From assembly GCF_006345805.1 (NCBI RefSeq), contig NC_043002.1:14260001-14324000 (forward strand): a stretch of 64,000 bases of DNA, in the 5' to 3' direction. The translations under genes and the position numbers were made by a program. Below are positions 24,125-38,260 of this stretch, in pieces. This DNA comes from Octopus sinensis. Its lineage: Eukaryota. The notes under the pieces were generated by a model that ran no database searches, was not told the origin of the DNA, and saw nothing but the letters and a program-made list of their open reading frames with translations. Positions within the stretch are counted from its first letter, which is position 1. Every line of letters starts with the position of its first letter.

Positions 24125-25504
24125 GTCCCCATGCTAGAAATCGTTCCTAGCTGACAGCTGTTTCACGTAAACTTTTTTCTGACTCACTAAAACACTCAGC
24201 CTAGTAATATAAACCTCAAAGTCATTTCCTTTACACATACTTTAATATTATCGACAAAGTAAAGATGAAATTTCTATCTTTTTTTAATTATATATCCAGG
24301 GAAAAGCGGTGAACATATATGATGGTCGGCATGCCAAACGAAATGGTTAGTGGCATTTCGTCTGTCTTTAAGTTCTGAGTTCAAATTCGACTGAGGTCGA
24401 CTTTGCCTTTTATTCTTTTGGGGTTGATATATTAGATGCCTGTTGAACTTTGATGTCAATGTAAGTGACTGTCCCTCACCTCTCAAATTTCGGGCCTGGT
24501 GTTTGTAGCAGTAATGTATATGTATACAGAGAAAATGTAACAGCTGTTTCGTGCAAATCAACAACAGTAGCGTATCCAACATCCAATGTCTCCTATAGTT
24601 TAGCCTATAACATACAAAGACCCTAGTTTTATATATAACTTACCTCAAACCGTGTTTACTAAGCCCGTCTGAATTTGGAAATATCTGAACAGACGGGAGA
24701 AATTCTCATGGGGCATTCCTGATTGATCGGAAAAATACAGCGACATCCAAAAGAAACTGTATCTGCTCATCTGCAATTGAATATATTTTATACACACAAA
24801 AATAACCGACCAAAATGAAAAAAAACAAACCCCAGTACTACCTGAGAATCAGAAACCAAATATTAAGAATGGAAACATTCTGGTAAATCTCAATGGAAAA
24901 TGCTATCATCAAGCTGATCTCCAACCAATCTCTTTGCAATTTTGGTCGTGTTTTGCAAGGTAATAAAACTTTCACGGTATAACTATAGAGACATACAAAT
25001 ACACACGCACACACATACATGCATATACATAAATGTACGCACTTCCATGCATGTATACAAAACACACACATACTCATACACACACATATGTGTGTTTATG
25101 TATGATTTGGTGTGATGTATTTGTCCATCCCAATTTCCTTTCCTTTCAATTCTGCTTTCGTTGACACTTAATATACAAAACGTGGGATTTACTCCAACTG
25201 GATAAAGTAACTTAGTTATGGCTTACCATATATTTACACTTCTTTCAAATTGTTTACCTTGCAATCATCTTTCACCACGATTTTCACACATTATCGACGG
25301 CCATATTTGTCCTTACCCAAAAGAATGTAGCTGCAGTAATATGGATTGTACTTGTGTTGGATACATCAACCTACTTTTGCGATAAAATTAAAATAGTTAT
25401 TTCCGTGCAATGAAAACTTGACCGAAGTATTATTTAAGTTCATACATGTATACATATATATTAATAAATAGATACGTACACACATATACACTTACCTAGA
25501 TACT

Positions 25505-25614
<110 letters not shown>

Positions 25615-25647
25615 CACATATATGTATGTATGTACGAATCTATCTGT

Positions 25648-25943
25648 GGAGGCACATGGCCTAGTGGTTTGAGCAGTGGACTCGTGGTCGAGGGATTGCT
25701 GGTTCGAACCGCAGACCAGACGATGTGTGTGTTTATGAGCGAAACACCTAAGCTCCACGTGACTCCGGCAGAAGGTAATGGCAAACTTCTGCTGACTCTT
25801 TCGCCACAACTTTCTCTCACTCTTTCCTCCTGCATCTTGCAGCTCACCTGCGACGGACCATGGTGGGGAACATATACGCCAAGGAAACCGGGAAACCAGC
25901 CCTATGAGCCGGGCGTGGCTCAAGAAGGAACGAACAACAACAA
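25648..25943 (+). mobile_element. tRNA-derived SINE with (AAC)n tail
   Basis: A box TGGCCTAGTGG, B box GGTTCGAACC; core shared with 6946-7289. Confidence 0.8.
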
Positions 25944-25995
<52 letters not shown>

Positions 25996-26947
25996 GCCTA
26001 TGTGTGTGTGTGTGTATACAGCTGATTTTGTCGGAGGGCACTATCAAAAGTCGTCTGCCGTCGCTGAATGATAAAAATCCCACCCGCCGACTACAACAAT
26101 AAACCTCATTTTCTTAGTTTCCCTTTCATATTGCAAGCAAAAATACTCGAGAGAATTCCTTAATATCGTTAGTGTTTACTTTGGGAAATTATACCAAATA
26201 TTATGCTTACTGCGTAACACCTCATTCACCATCTAACACTAATTATCGATACTGCAGTCACATTTTTGTTACGTGGTGCAAAGGCGACGGTGTTCTTTTC
26301 TTTTGAATCAGTAGCCTACATTTCCAGCCAGGTGATATAATCGACGTAATAACTGTCAAGATTATTCTTGTTCGTTTCGTATTTGTTTCGAGAGAACAAA
26401 ATGAAAAACTGACACCTAAGGGTCAAAGATTAGAAATTAGAAGATAAGTTCTAAAACAAAATTGAACGAAAATTGAACACTTCGTATGTAGAACTTATAT
26501 GATTTTAAGGGTTAATTGCTGTTAAAATATGTAGCATAAGAAAATAATAAGAAATGCGGAATAATAAGTATTGGAAGGGAGGCATATCAGAAAAATCAGT
26601 GTGCTGCATATATAATTCATTCTGTTAAAGAATCCCGCACCGAAAGTTAGTTGCATATATTTCTTCTACCTGAACATATATTATTGCATGAAGTAAACGA
26701 AATTTTTATCGCTTTTTGAAGAACGTTAATCATAGTAATAATAAATGCCAATTTAAAGAGAATACTTCGGCGAAATGTAGAATGTGTTTAATGGCAATGT
26801 GAAGAACAAGCGATACGTTATCATTCTCAATGTACAAAAAGCACTGTATTCGAAAGAATAAAGAATAAGGATTGAAACATTTAATAGACCAATGTGTGTA
26901 AAAGTTTTGAAATGAAGAAAAATTTTGAAAACTTAACCTAACAATTC

Positions 26948-26983
<36 letters not shown>

Positions 26984-27137
26984 TGTCCCGCAAATAAAAC
27001 CCAAAAGACGTAAATGGACACGTGAGGAATACATTTCTATCTGACACGCATACTTCACAGCAGTACTCTACCCAAAAAATGAAAATACAACAACACATAC
27101 ATATAAAATATGGAAGGAAAATAATAGAGATATAGAC

Positions 27138-29806
27138 TTGGATACAGCAATGAACCCTAATAAATTAGCTAACGTACGAAGATACATTCTCAACACAAAA
27201 AAAATATCAGAAATAGAAATAGAACACCTAAAAGAAAACATACACCAGGAAAATGTAGATAGAAGCCACACAACAATGCCCAATAATATAAACACTGAAA
27301 CTGTAAAACACGAAGACAAGCGCAACATTCCCAACAAACACGATGTAAACAACGAAGGGGAGCCTAATGATTATGATAATATAAAAAATAAAATAATCAA
27401 AGAACTGAAAACCACAGAGCTCAAAATGGACCACCGACCATACCTCCCAAGAATCAAAATAAACGAAATAACAATACCTATTATAGACAGCATAAACCTA
27501 GCCGTCACTGAAAAAAGTGATATCACTGAGCTAAATAACCTAATATACGCAGCAGCCACTGCAGCCACAAAGGAAGCTGGATACTCACCCAAACCCGCCC
27601 AAACAGGAGTACCACCACCCAAACAAACCCTGTGGATAAATAACATCCAAAGAAAAATAAAAAAAAATAGAAAAGACCTGTCGATTCTTAATGAAATCAG
27701 CAAACAATCAACGCTACTGAGCAACAAAAAGAGAACAAAAATACTCCGCAAATATAACATCACAGAGAAAGATTTGCCTGAAATAAAAGAAAAGCTGAAG
27801 CAAGATATCCTTGCCAAAGCACAAAGGATCTGCCGGTACAAGAAACGCCAACGCTTCTTTGAAGAAAACAAAAAGTTCAACTCCAACCCCAAAAAGTTCT
27901 ACCAAGAACTGGGCAAAAATAAAATAGAAGTCACTGCAGCACCAACGGCAGAAGAATTGGAAGAATTCTGGAGAGAAATATGGTCGGCGAACGAACCACC
28001 AAAAAAAAGGAGTATCAAAATAACAAACTCGGCATCTGAACAACTTTGGACCCCCATAACAACTGAAGAGGTCACCCAGGCACTGCAAAGACTAAGCAAC
28101 TGGAAGGCACCTGGGCATGACAAGATCCCCAACTTCTGGTTGAAATATCTAACAGGAATGCACAAAAAGCTGGCTGAAAACTTTAACAGCATACTAGCAG
28201 AGCCAGAGACAATGCCTGAATGGCTCACGAAGGGGAAAACCATCTTAATTCCCAAATCAAATGAAACAGAAAAACCAGAAAACTACAGACCAATAACCTG
28301 CCTCCCTACTATGTTCAAGGCATTTACTGCAGTGATATCACAAAGGCAGAACAAGCACCTGGACGAAAATAAACTGTTCCCAGAAGAGCAGAAAGGATGC
28401 CGCAAAGGCTCATATGGCTGTAAAGATCAACTAATGATTAATAAAGCCATAACTGAAGACAGCCACAGAAAGAAGAAAGGCCTCAGTATGGCCTGGATTG
28501 ACTACAAAAAGGCGTTTGATAGCACCCCCCACACGTGGATCCTCGAAACACTAGCCATTAACAAAGTAGCACCAACAATCATAAAATTCATAGAGCACTC
28601 TATGAATAAATGGCAAACAGTCCTACACCTCCAAACAAAAGAGGGACTCATGAAAACCAAAGACATCCCCATTAGAAGAGGAATATTCCAGGGAGACACG
28701 CTCTCTCCACTCCTTTTCTGCTTGGCACTGTCACCTCTATCTGATATGCTAAATAGAACTGGATACGGATATAAATGTTACGGCAAAACGATCAGCCACC
28801 TTTTATATATGGATGACCTAAAACTATACGCTGCAAATGACAAACAGCTGAAACACTATTAAAGACAGTTCATGGATTTACCAAAGAAATAGATATGAAA
28901 TTTGGATTAGAAAAATGCGCCAAAGTAACCATGAAAAAAGGAAAACTAGTTAAGAGTAACAACATCACACTAGATAAAACCAATGAAATAAAAGAATTAG
29001 ACCAAAGCCAAACTTACAAATACTTAGGAATCCATGAACTAGATAAGACACAACACAGACAAATGAAAGAGAAAATAAAAAAAGAATATTATAGACGAGT
29101 TAGATCAATACTAAACACAGAGCTCAATGCTAAAAACAAGATAATAGGTATCAACACTTTAGCCGTCCCAGTTATAAGTTACAGCTACAATATCCTCAAC
29201 TGGACACGAAATGAACTGACCAAAATAGATAGGAAAACAAGAAAAATAATGACAGGATCTAGGATGCATCACCCAAAATCTGACATAGAAAGACTATATA
29301 TACAACGTATAGAAGGTGGTAGAGGCCTTATACACCTGGAAATCTACTATAAAATAACCACCATAGGACTGCAAAAATATCTACTTCAGAAGGAAGGAAA
29401 ACTGATCCAGATAGCGGCAAAACACGAGCAAAACAAAAAACTGTTCTCAGTATTTAAGGAAGCTGACAAATGCAAACAAGAAATCATACCACCTAATAAA
29501 CATGAAGAAGAAGAAGAAGATGAAGAAACAACAAAAGCTATAAAACAAATGAAATCCAAACTAAAAATAGAACAGCAACGAACCATGATAAAACGATGGC
29601 ATGAAAAGCCCCTTCATGGTAAATACTGGACTAAACTAAACGCAAAAGAAATAGACAAAGAAAAATCCCAGCAATGGTTGAGAAGCTCAGGACTCAAAGC
29701 AGAAACAGAGATATTTTTAATTGCAGCACAAGGCCAAAGCCTCCCTACCAGAAATTACCAAAAACATGTAATGAAAAGAAATATGGAGATGGACAAGAAA
29801 CAATAA
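27138..29806 (+). pseudogene. RT ORF of the R4/Dong-like element, frameshifted near 28850
   Basis: A 1-nt loss after YMDDLKLYAANDKQL joins the 574-aa and 303-aa ORFs; the zinc-knuckle CxxC appears deleted near 29775. Confidence 0.85.
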
Positions 29807-30041
29807 ATCATATTATCTCTAGCTGCCCAGTCCTGGCTAAGAAGGAATATATTCACAGACATGACAGAGTTGGAACCTACATACATTGGAAGCTATGCCA
29901 ACATTATGGAATAACAACAGAAAAAAGATGGTATAGGCACACACCAGAAAAAGGTCACAGAAAACGAGAAAGCAACCATACTCTGGGATATGCCGATACA
30001 CACAGATAGAGAAATTAAGGCCAACAGACCATATAGTGTGT

Positions 30042-30381
30042 GAGGGCGCGTGGCTTAGTGGTTAGGGCATTCGGCTCATGATCGTAAGGTTGTGAGTTCG
30101 ATTCCGGCGACGCGTTGTGTCCTTGAGCAAGACACTTTATTTCACGTTGCTCCAGTCCACTCAGCTGGCAAAAATGAGTTGTACTTGTATTTCAAGGGTC
30201 AGCCTTGTCACTCTCTGTGTCACGCTGATTATCCCCGAGAACTACGTTAAGGGTACACGTGTCTGTGGAATGCTCAGCCATTTGCACGTTAATTTCACGA
30301 GCAAGCTGTTCCGTTGATCGTATCAGCTGGGACCCTCGTCGTCGTAACCGGCGGAGTCTTTTAAAAAATGAGGAGGAGTGA
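30042..30381 (+). mobile_element. tRNA-derived SINE inserted into the LINE endonuclease domain
   Basis: A box TGGCTTAGTGG 30051, B box GAGTTCGATTCC 30094; LINE frame resumes VVRDHEEKK at ~30383. Confidence 0.85.
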
Positions 30382-30802
30382 AGTTGTCAGAGACCATGAA
30401 GAAAAAAAATGCTTTCTAACTGATGTATCAATACCGGCTGATGACAACGTGTCTCTAAAAGAAATGGAAAAACTTTCAAAATACAAAGACCTGGAAATAG
30501 AGGTAACTAGAATGTGGAATCTGAAAACAGAAACAATTCCTATCATAGTCGGTGCATTAGGCATGATAAAAAAAATATTCAGACAAATACATAACAAAAA
30601 CACCAGGACTTACAAACACATATAGCATACAGAAAATTGCACTACTAGGCACTGTACACATCCTACGCAAAACACTTTCCATACAAAAACCACCAGAGCA
30701 TCACAAAGAATCACAGCACATACCCAAGGCACACAGAGCTGCGCTCGGTAGTGAAGTGAAAGCACGCTATAAAAATAAAACTACTGAATAATAATAATAA
30801 TA

Positions 30803-31698
30803 GTATGCCCTGATGCAATACCAAACAGTGGCTCTCATGGCTTCTGATCTTAACTGATTGGAAGTGTTATCATGTACATTGTTTTGTCTTGGTATAAAAG
30901 ATGGGCTACAGCAAATACTCTGCTAAATACCACAGATTTGCTTGTCAGTTGTTTGGCCTGAACCTGTTGAGCATGTCCCTTTGTGGCTGACGAAATGTGC
31001 ATCTCCCATCACGAGCAGAAGTAGTGGGGGAGCAAAATAGCCATGTGTTGATAGGGATTCTTAAGGGTTTGAATAATTCACCTCTGGAAACATGGGTGTT
31101 TCGTTCAACATCTTTAAAGAACCCTTATTCAGGGACCTTTTGAGCGGGTGGGCTACTCGACCAGAAGAAAATTCCAAAAGGAGAAAAACGCAGTCTATTA
31201 ACTGATTGAAGGTGTTACCATGTAGGTGTTTTGTCGTGGTAAAAAGATCGGTTACAGCAAATATTCTGCTTATTACCACAGATTTGCTTATCAGTTTGAC
31301 CGTAACAAGTTGGGTATGTCCCTTTTTGGATGACGATTTGTACATCTCTGATCATAAGCAGAAATAGTGGGGTAGCATCATAGCCGAGTACTGAAAGGAA
31401 TTCTTTGGTGTTTGAATAAATCAACTCTGGAAATATGGACGTTTCGTTTAATATCCTTAAACGAAGGTTATTCACGGACCTTTTGACCGATGTGGGCTAC
31501 ACCTGTAAGGTGGGCCCACAATTCAAGGTCATGTTCTGTTTATCTTGATATGAGATCCTTATGCCGTGCATATAAGGTTGTGATGCATGTGCTTGGTGTA
31601 CCCCTATCAAACGGGTAGTTATGATGTATGTACTGGGCTCCGTATATTTTACCACAGCGTCAATTTGATGGCATGCACTGCTTTCTCATTCAATAATA
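30803..31698 (+). mobile_element. Interspersed repeat (probable LINE 3' region) with a diverged internal tandem duplication
   Basis: 30845-31160 and 31195-31500 are diverged direct copies; the block ends in CAATAATAG. Confidence 0.55.
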
Positions 31699-33843
31699 GT
31701 ACAATATTCACAACTATACGTTTTGTGGTTACTTTGCTACATGAGTGATAAAATTATGTCTGTAACTCAATTTTATTTAATCTGTATAGAATTGGTTGGA
31801 AAAAGATATAGTTAAGTACTAGACACGGTTTCACATTTTTTGTAGTTTAATATTTAGATATGTGTAAGTTTAAGTACTATGGGACGTTGATGATAACATA
31901 TGTAGTCTTGTTTTAATTTCCTAAATTATGGGTTTCAACTGATTTATACGAAAATAAAAGGCTTTGGGTCCAGAAATTTGAGTAGGCATCACACAAACCA
32001 ATAGCCGTTGTACTAGCCGTTGTACCACAATCTGTGTTACCCTAAAGAGTATAAAGAGAAAGGCTATAATTATACTTTTTATAGCTCTAAACAAATATTT
32101 CCTTGGAAATGTTAGATTAGATGTTCTTTCAATATTTAGATTTTAACTGAAATGTTGTACCTAATAAAATTCATTGCTTTGAAATATCCGCATATATTTT
32201 ATGATTTTACTTGGGCATAGTGGTACTAATAACCTTCAATTTGATCTCAATATACATATGTTTCAGAATAAAAAATTAGGCGCGTACAAAGCGTAAAATG
32301 ATGATCACAGATATTAGATGATCGCTGAACACCACCCACAGATATCTTAGAAAATATTTCATGATATATGAAATGGTATTCACAAATTTACAAATAAGAG
32401 ACAAAAAGCAAACAGATTATTGCCTGAATATAATATAACTCTAGAGAACATATCCTGTGTTACGTACGGAATTGTCTCTCTGCAGTCAATAATCGTGAAA
32501 GGATATCACGGTTGCATGTATTGTTAAAGAGAGCAATGACAGATGAAGGCACATGCGAACGTATAAACGTATACTGCAGTAAAGAAAATATCACCTGACA
32601 AAGAAAATATAAAAAATCCCAGTCGGTGCTATTGTTGTGAGTATAATGCAAAACTCTATCAGTAAAATAAAATTTAAATATATTATTTTCAACTGTAGTA
32701 GTTCAATATACTGTTGAACTCATAATACGGAAATGAGATATAGAAAATACAATGGAGTGACAGAAAGTTTCACATATATCAACAACGTACTGTCATGTGA
32801 AATAAAGTTATCTGAAACTAAAACGGTTATTTAGAAATCTTTGACAGATATTTACATACTGATAAACATTTTAACACTTCTTGCTGCAAACATTGTCGAT
32901 ATTTTTATGTGATTATAAAATAATAGGAAAATAAAAGACCTGCAGCTCATACAGAATTTCTTAGTTTAAACAATAAAAGGAGAGAGAATGGACCTATGTC
33001 CATAACGTACATGACACTGTTTTTTTGTTTAGAAGGGATATAATCTATTGTATTTCGGTTGCCGTTCTTTTATTGTTCTTCCTTGGTTGCCATGGTATCA
33101 AAATATTCCCTTAAGTGGGAGAACAGTTAGAGGCAGAGTTGAATCCCAGCAGTTTTGAGGGTAAGGGAAATGTATGGTATGTCACTTTATCGATCTTGAG
33201 GAGACGAAAGATAAAGTTGAACTCGATAGATTTGAACTCAGAGTGTAAACAGCTGGATGAAATTCCACTCAACAATTTGTCCAACATGTTTACAGTTCTG
33301 GCAGCTCACAGATTTTGCTGCTGGTTCTTTTCACTGATTTTAACAATGACATCTAATTATCTAATTATTTTGTATTTATAAGATAATATACAAAAGATTA
33401 TAAACACTTTTATACTTTATAAATGGTTACTATTTTGCAGTTAAATCAGATTTACTACGAAAATATAACCAGTGGAAAATTACGCAATGGCAAGCAATAT
33501 CACAATCATATGTTCTAGACGATAAACGCCATTCCTAGAGAAAGGCCCGTGGCCCAGTATCTAAAGCATTGCACTGTTGATACTCGGACGGCGTCATGCT
33601 TTGTGTTCTTGAGCATAACACTTTATTTGAGGTTATTCCACTCCACTCAGTTTTGTATATGTGTTTTGTAAGTGAGATCCCCCACGACACACTGGCGTCC
33701 CGTTCAAAATAAAATTCCAGGTAACCGGCCTAATCAGTCCTAGGACTGCAGGCAACAGTATTCTGGGGATGACGGTGGAAAGGATGAAGGTGGTGATAAA
33801 AAGAAGCATGATGCAGTACCTGTTTGCTAAATGAAGAAAACTA

Positions 33844-34400
33844 TTGGGTTGTCCGGAAAGTTTGTACCGATTTATAGTAGCTTAAATTTCGACTTATTTT
33901 AGAACATGGTTGAGTCTATAAAATAGGATTTTAATACATCTCTATTTGGAGCACAATCTTTCCGTGGAAGAAGGTTTATGTTCCTATAACTTGTGTTAAT
34001 TCTGTAACCCTTTAAAATGGAAGATAAGAAAGTTCATTTTCGTCACTTGATGCTTTGGGAACCAGACAAAAATTGCTGCAGCTCGGCTGGGATGTGTTAC
34101 CCCACCCTCCATATTCACCAGATATTGCTCCTTCGGATTTCCACCTATTCAGGTCTCTGCAGAATAGTCTTAATGGTAAAAATTTCAATTCTTTGGATGA
34201 CGTAAGAAGATACCTTGGTGAATTCTTTGACATGAAACCACCTCAATTGTGGGAAGAGGGTATTTTCAAGTTAAAGGAATGATGGAGACGCATTGTGCAA
34301 CAAAATAGTTCATATTTAGTTGATTAAAAATGTAATGGCAAGTATTTATCGACCTTTTACTTTCCCTTAAAAATCGGCACGAACTTTCCAGACAACCCAA
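33844..34400 (+). mobile_element. Internally deleted mariner element, same family as 5828-6393
   Basis: TIRs TTGGGTTGTCCGGAAAGTT.. / ..AACTTTCCAGACAACCCAA, TA on both sides; MEDKKVHFRHLMLWE fused to RQKLLQLGWDVLPHPPYSPDIAPSDFHLF. Confidence 0.92.
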
Positions 34401-37400
34401 TAAAATTAATCATCCTAGTCGGGAATACATTTAGGAGATATTTAAATGCTGGATGGGAACTTGTACCTCTAGATCCACAATTTAGTTCTTCTCTTTGAAC
34501 ACACCCTATTTCGTTTAATATGTCTTTGTTTTTGTCAACCAACAAATATACACTAGATGCACTTACGTTTCTGTATTTTTAAGAAATAAGCGTACGCTGT
34601 TTCCATTTGGAATACCATCCGAATAACACACGGTGTACAACAACGCACAAATTTACTTGTAAGCTTAAAAACGCTAACGGCATCAAAATGCTAGCGAATG
34701 AGATGAAAATAGAAAGCGTGTCGGAAAACAGTTTCCATTTGTTTGAATAATTACATTAATGGCTTTCAGAGAATATAACCAAAAATAAACCAAATTCAAC
34801 AACGACAAAGACCTACTCAGTAAATAGTATAAATGGACGACTATAAAAATAAATAACAAAAATAAATAAATCGAACGTTAAAAGAAAACTGAAGGCAAAC
34901 TCAACAATGTAAATCCATCTGTTAATTGCTGTCTGCAAGTAAGAGAGTAAGTAAATACAATGGAGCGATCGGACGATTTCATCAATTCAAAACACTTTTA
35001 AAATAATGTCATTTTCGATTTTTTTAATTGCGAAATTAAAGAATAAATAAAACAATAGAAAGCGGTAAAAGAACGAGAAAGATATTTTTAGTGAAGCATT
35101 TAATGAGATATTACTACAACTAATTAGGTCAATAGCTAAATGCAGTGAAATTTCAAACTTTGTCTAAGTACAAGTAAAATCAATAAAAGTATATATAAAC
35201 ATACAAACATATCATATACTATATATACATGTATACACACACTTACACACGCACGCACACACACAAAAAGTTATGCTTTTAAATCTGTGCACATACCTGG
35301 TGACATGCTGTTTAAAACGCATTCACAATAGTCAACTACCTGATGTTATCATCACTATTGATATAAATGCCACTGTATTTACTTCAGAAATTTCTTCGAG
35401 TTGGTATCTTTCTCTCATACGTCACGCACACACACACACACACACACACAGAGTATGAAGCAGTATATTACATAATAGCTATGCTTATTGACTATAATTA
35501 GTGAGAATGTTACCAGCGGTTTCGTGCCGACATTGCAGACATTGCAGGCAGAAGCACATACCGTTTCGTATGCTGGTGATGTTTATAGAATCTTGTTCAC
35601 TGGATGTTGGTATTTAAAAAATCTGAAAAGAAAGTGGAAAACTATAAAATTTCTCGTGGGTTAGGAAGAAGAGTAACAGATGAAAATTCAGATATGTTAC
35701 CCCGGGACAAATAGCACAGTAACTTACCTGTCAATGGTGTACCTACATTAAGTATGATACATAGAGGGCTATTTTAATTTAATACTGCCTCAATTGCGTA
35801 TACAGGTATTTAATTAGCCGGGTGGTTATTCTAATCAAGACAAACATTTGACTGCAAGTGCAGATGGCGAATAGACTCAAAGTGTTGAAAAATATTTAGC
35901 TTCCTTCCTGGTTGCAGTTGGTTAGATTTTTCTCTCCATCTGATTTTTAATTGTTTTTTTCAGCACAGCACATCCATAAGGGAACTTGCCTCAGAGAGAA
36001 TACGGCCGGAACTGGTTTATCAACGGTGTACGTATATTATTCACAGATGGCTATTTTCATGTAGAACAGTTACACTACAGGAAAATAACTTCTACTTTTA
36101 CGAAGGCAATGTGTTCCTCACACTCGGCTCATTGGCGCACAGTATTCTAGGACACTGGTGTTTCGATATGTTGTGTCTCGTCAACAATCTATTTATCATA
36201 TTTAATTTGTAAAGTTCGTGGACAGGCCATTTATGACGGCATCTGTGGCGAGATGATATCTATAACTGTGATGTGTGTAAAACGTAATAAATATCAAAGA
36301 GAGACGAAAACTTGTCCTGACAATGGACCTCGAAAACACCAGATGAATCCACACCTTTGTAAAACTTGTGGATTCATTTAAGTTTTATTCGTAGCCTGTC
36401 ATGTACTCGGACAAGAATTGGTCAATTTTTTTTTTTTACTTCGGAAGAAGTTAATAAATTGTTCACTTATTTTGCGGCAAACTGTCTTGCTGAATATGGT
36501 ATATACAATATGGTATATACAACAGATGCCGTATTAATCTAAAATAGCCAGCTATGTATCATATGCAATGTATACGCACAATAAACAATTTATCCAAGAG
36601 AGATGAACAAGTACCACAGTAACTGGCTAAGTAAGTGGCTTAATACGTGAAACTTTAAGTATGATACATACATGTCTGTTTATATTTTTACCCTTTATTT
36701 TCATTTTCCATATATGTGTCATTAAAATGTTCAAGTTTTTCCAGCTCTTTAAGTGAACAACAACATCATATAAAACGTGGAGATAGCAAGTAAAATCCAC
36801 ATAAATTCATTACTGTTTTTCCGTTATAATATTTATGTAATTCTGTTACAATTTCCTATCTGTTCAGTCGAACATAGTTCCGTATATCACAACCAGGTTA
36901 GTGTCACTCCAGATTTTCTGCTTGTCTACAACCTTTACATGTAGATGTGATTTAGAAATGTTTGCACTGTCTACAATAGCAATAGTTAACTATCTACTCA
37001 AATTTCTCGATATATTTTGTCTTTCCAAGGATTGGGTAACCGCATTGAAGTAATCGATTGTCTCTTTAAGCTGATTGCATATTCAACGGCTGAGATTAGC
37101 ATGTTCACCTATTTCTTATGTTGCTAGATTTATGTAACCAGTCATTGATTTTTGCCAGCTAAAATCAAACATTCTCTTTGTAGCTTCGTTGTAGCGTCCT
37201 TGTGCGTTACCATGTAGCAATCTAAATTAGATTACTGTCTCACTTTCTTCACATAGTTCAGTCTGACCAAGGACAGGCTGTGATCACCATATTAAAAAAG
37301 AAAAAAAAACAACATATATTTGACAATTGTTCTATGATTTTGTACTTTGTCATTGCTTTGTCATTGCAGAAAGATTGCTTTCGGTAGACATATTTTTTAA

Positions 37401-37795
37401 AAATTATATCTGTGTATACCTTCATATAAAACGGTGAGCTGGAAGAATTGTTAGCGCGCCGAGGAAAATAATTAGCGGCCTTTCGTCGCTCTTTAGTTAC
37501 TGAGTTCAAATTCCAGCGCGATCGACTTTGCTTGTCATTCATTCGGAGGCTGACGAAATAAAGACTATAGGAGATGTAATCGATTACATGCGTCCTCGGA
37601 AACTTTAGGTCTTACACCTATAGCGGAAAACGTTTTCGGTTACTTTTGGGCACCCCCACCAATTGGAAATTCGTTGTTTAAGTTTTCAAGCTATAGAATT
37701 TCACCAATCATAATTTTCCTCTAATTATATTTTCTAGGAATTTTATTCACTCGGCACAGTCATTCTTAATACGTTCATCTAATTGTCTCTCTGTG

Positions 37796-37838
<43 letters not shown>

Positions 37839-37875
37839 GTCTGTCTACCATCTATCTATTTATTTATGTCTAGCT

Positions 37876-38260
37876 TCTCTTTTACTTGTTTCAGTCATTT
37901 GACTGTGGCCATGCTGGAGCACCGCCTTTATCGACCAAATCGACGACCCCAAGACTTATTCTTTGTAAGCATATTACTTATTCTATCAGTCTCTATTGCC
38001 GAACCGCTAGGTTACGGGGACGTAAACACACCAGCATTGGTTATCAAGCGATGTTGGGGCGACAAACGCAGACACACAAACACATACACATACATACGAT
38101 GGTCTTCCTTCAGTTTCCGTCTACCAAATCCACTCACAAGGCTTTGGTCGGACTGAGGCTATAGAAGAAGACATTTACCCAAGATGCCACCCAGTGAGAC
38201 TGAACTCACAACCATGTGGTTCGTAAGCAAGCTACTCACCACACAGCCACTCCTGCGCCT
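37876..38260 (-). mobile_element. tRNA-derived SINE family A
   Basis: Head AGGCGCAGGAGTGGCTGTG.GGT...GTTCAGTC, internal microsatellite, tail CCAGCATGGCC.CAGTCAAATGACTGAAACAAGTAAAAGAG. Confidence 0.85.

Larger units (their letters stand above)
26984..30790 (+). mobile_element. R4/Dong-clade non-LTR retrotransposon (RT + restriction-like endonuclease), degenerate, between (AAT)n tracts
   Basis: N-terminal KRRKWTREE; ORFs 27138-28862 and 28895-29806 with NWKAPGHDKI, YRPITCL, WIDYKKAFDS, GIFQGDTLSPLLF, HLLYMDDLKLY; ETINHIISSCP...RHDRV; RP(D)IVV...TDVSIP...EKLSKYKDL. (AAT)n at ~26950-26983 and ~30788-30802. Confidence 0.9.
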
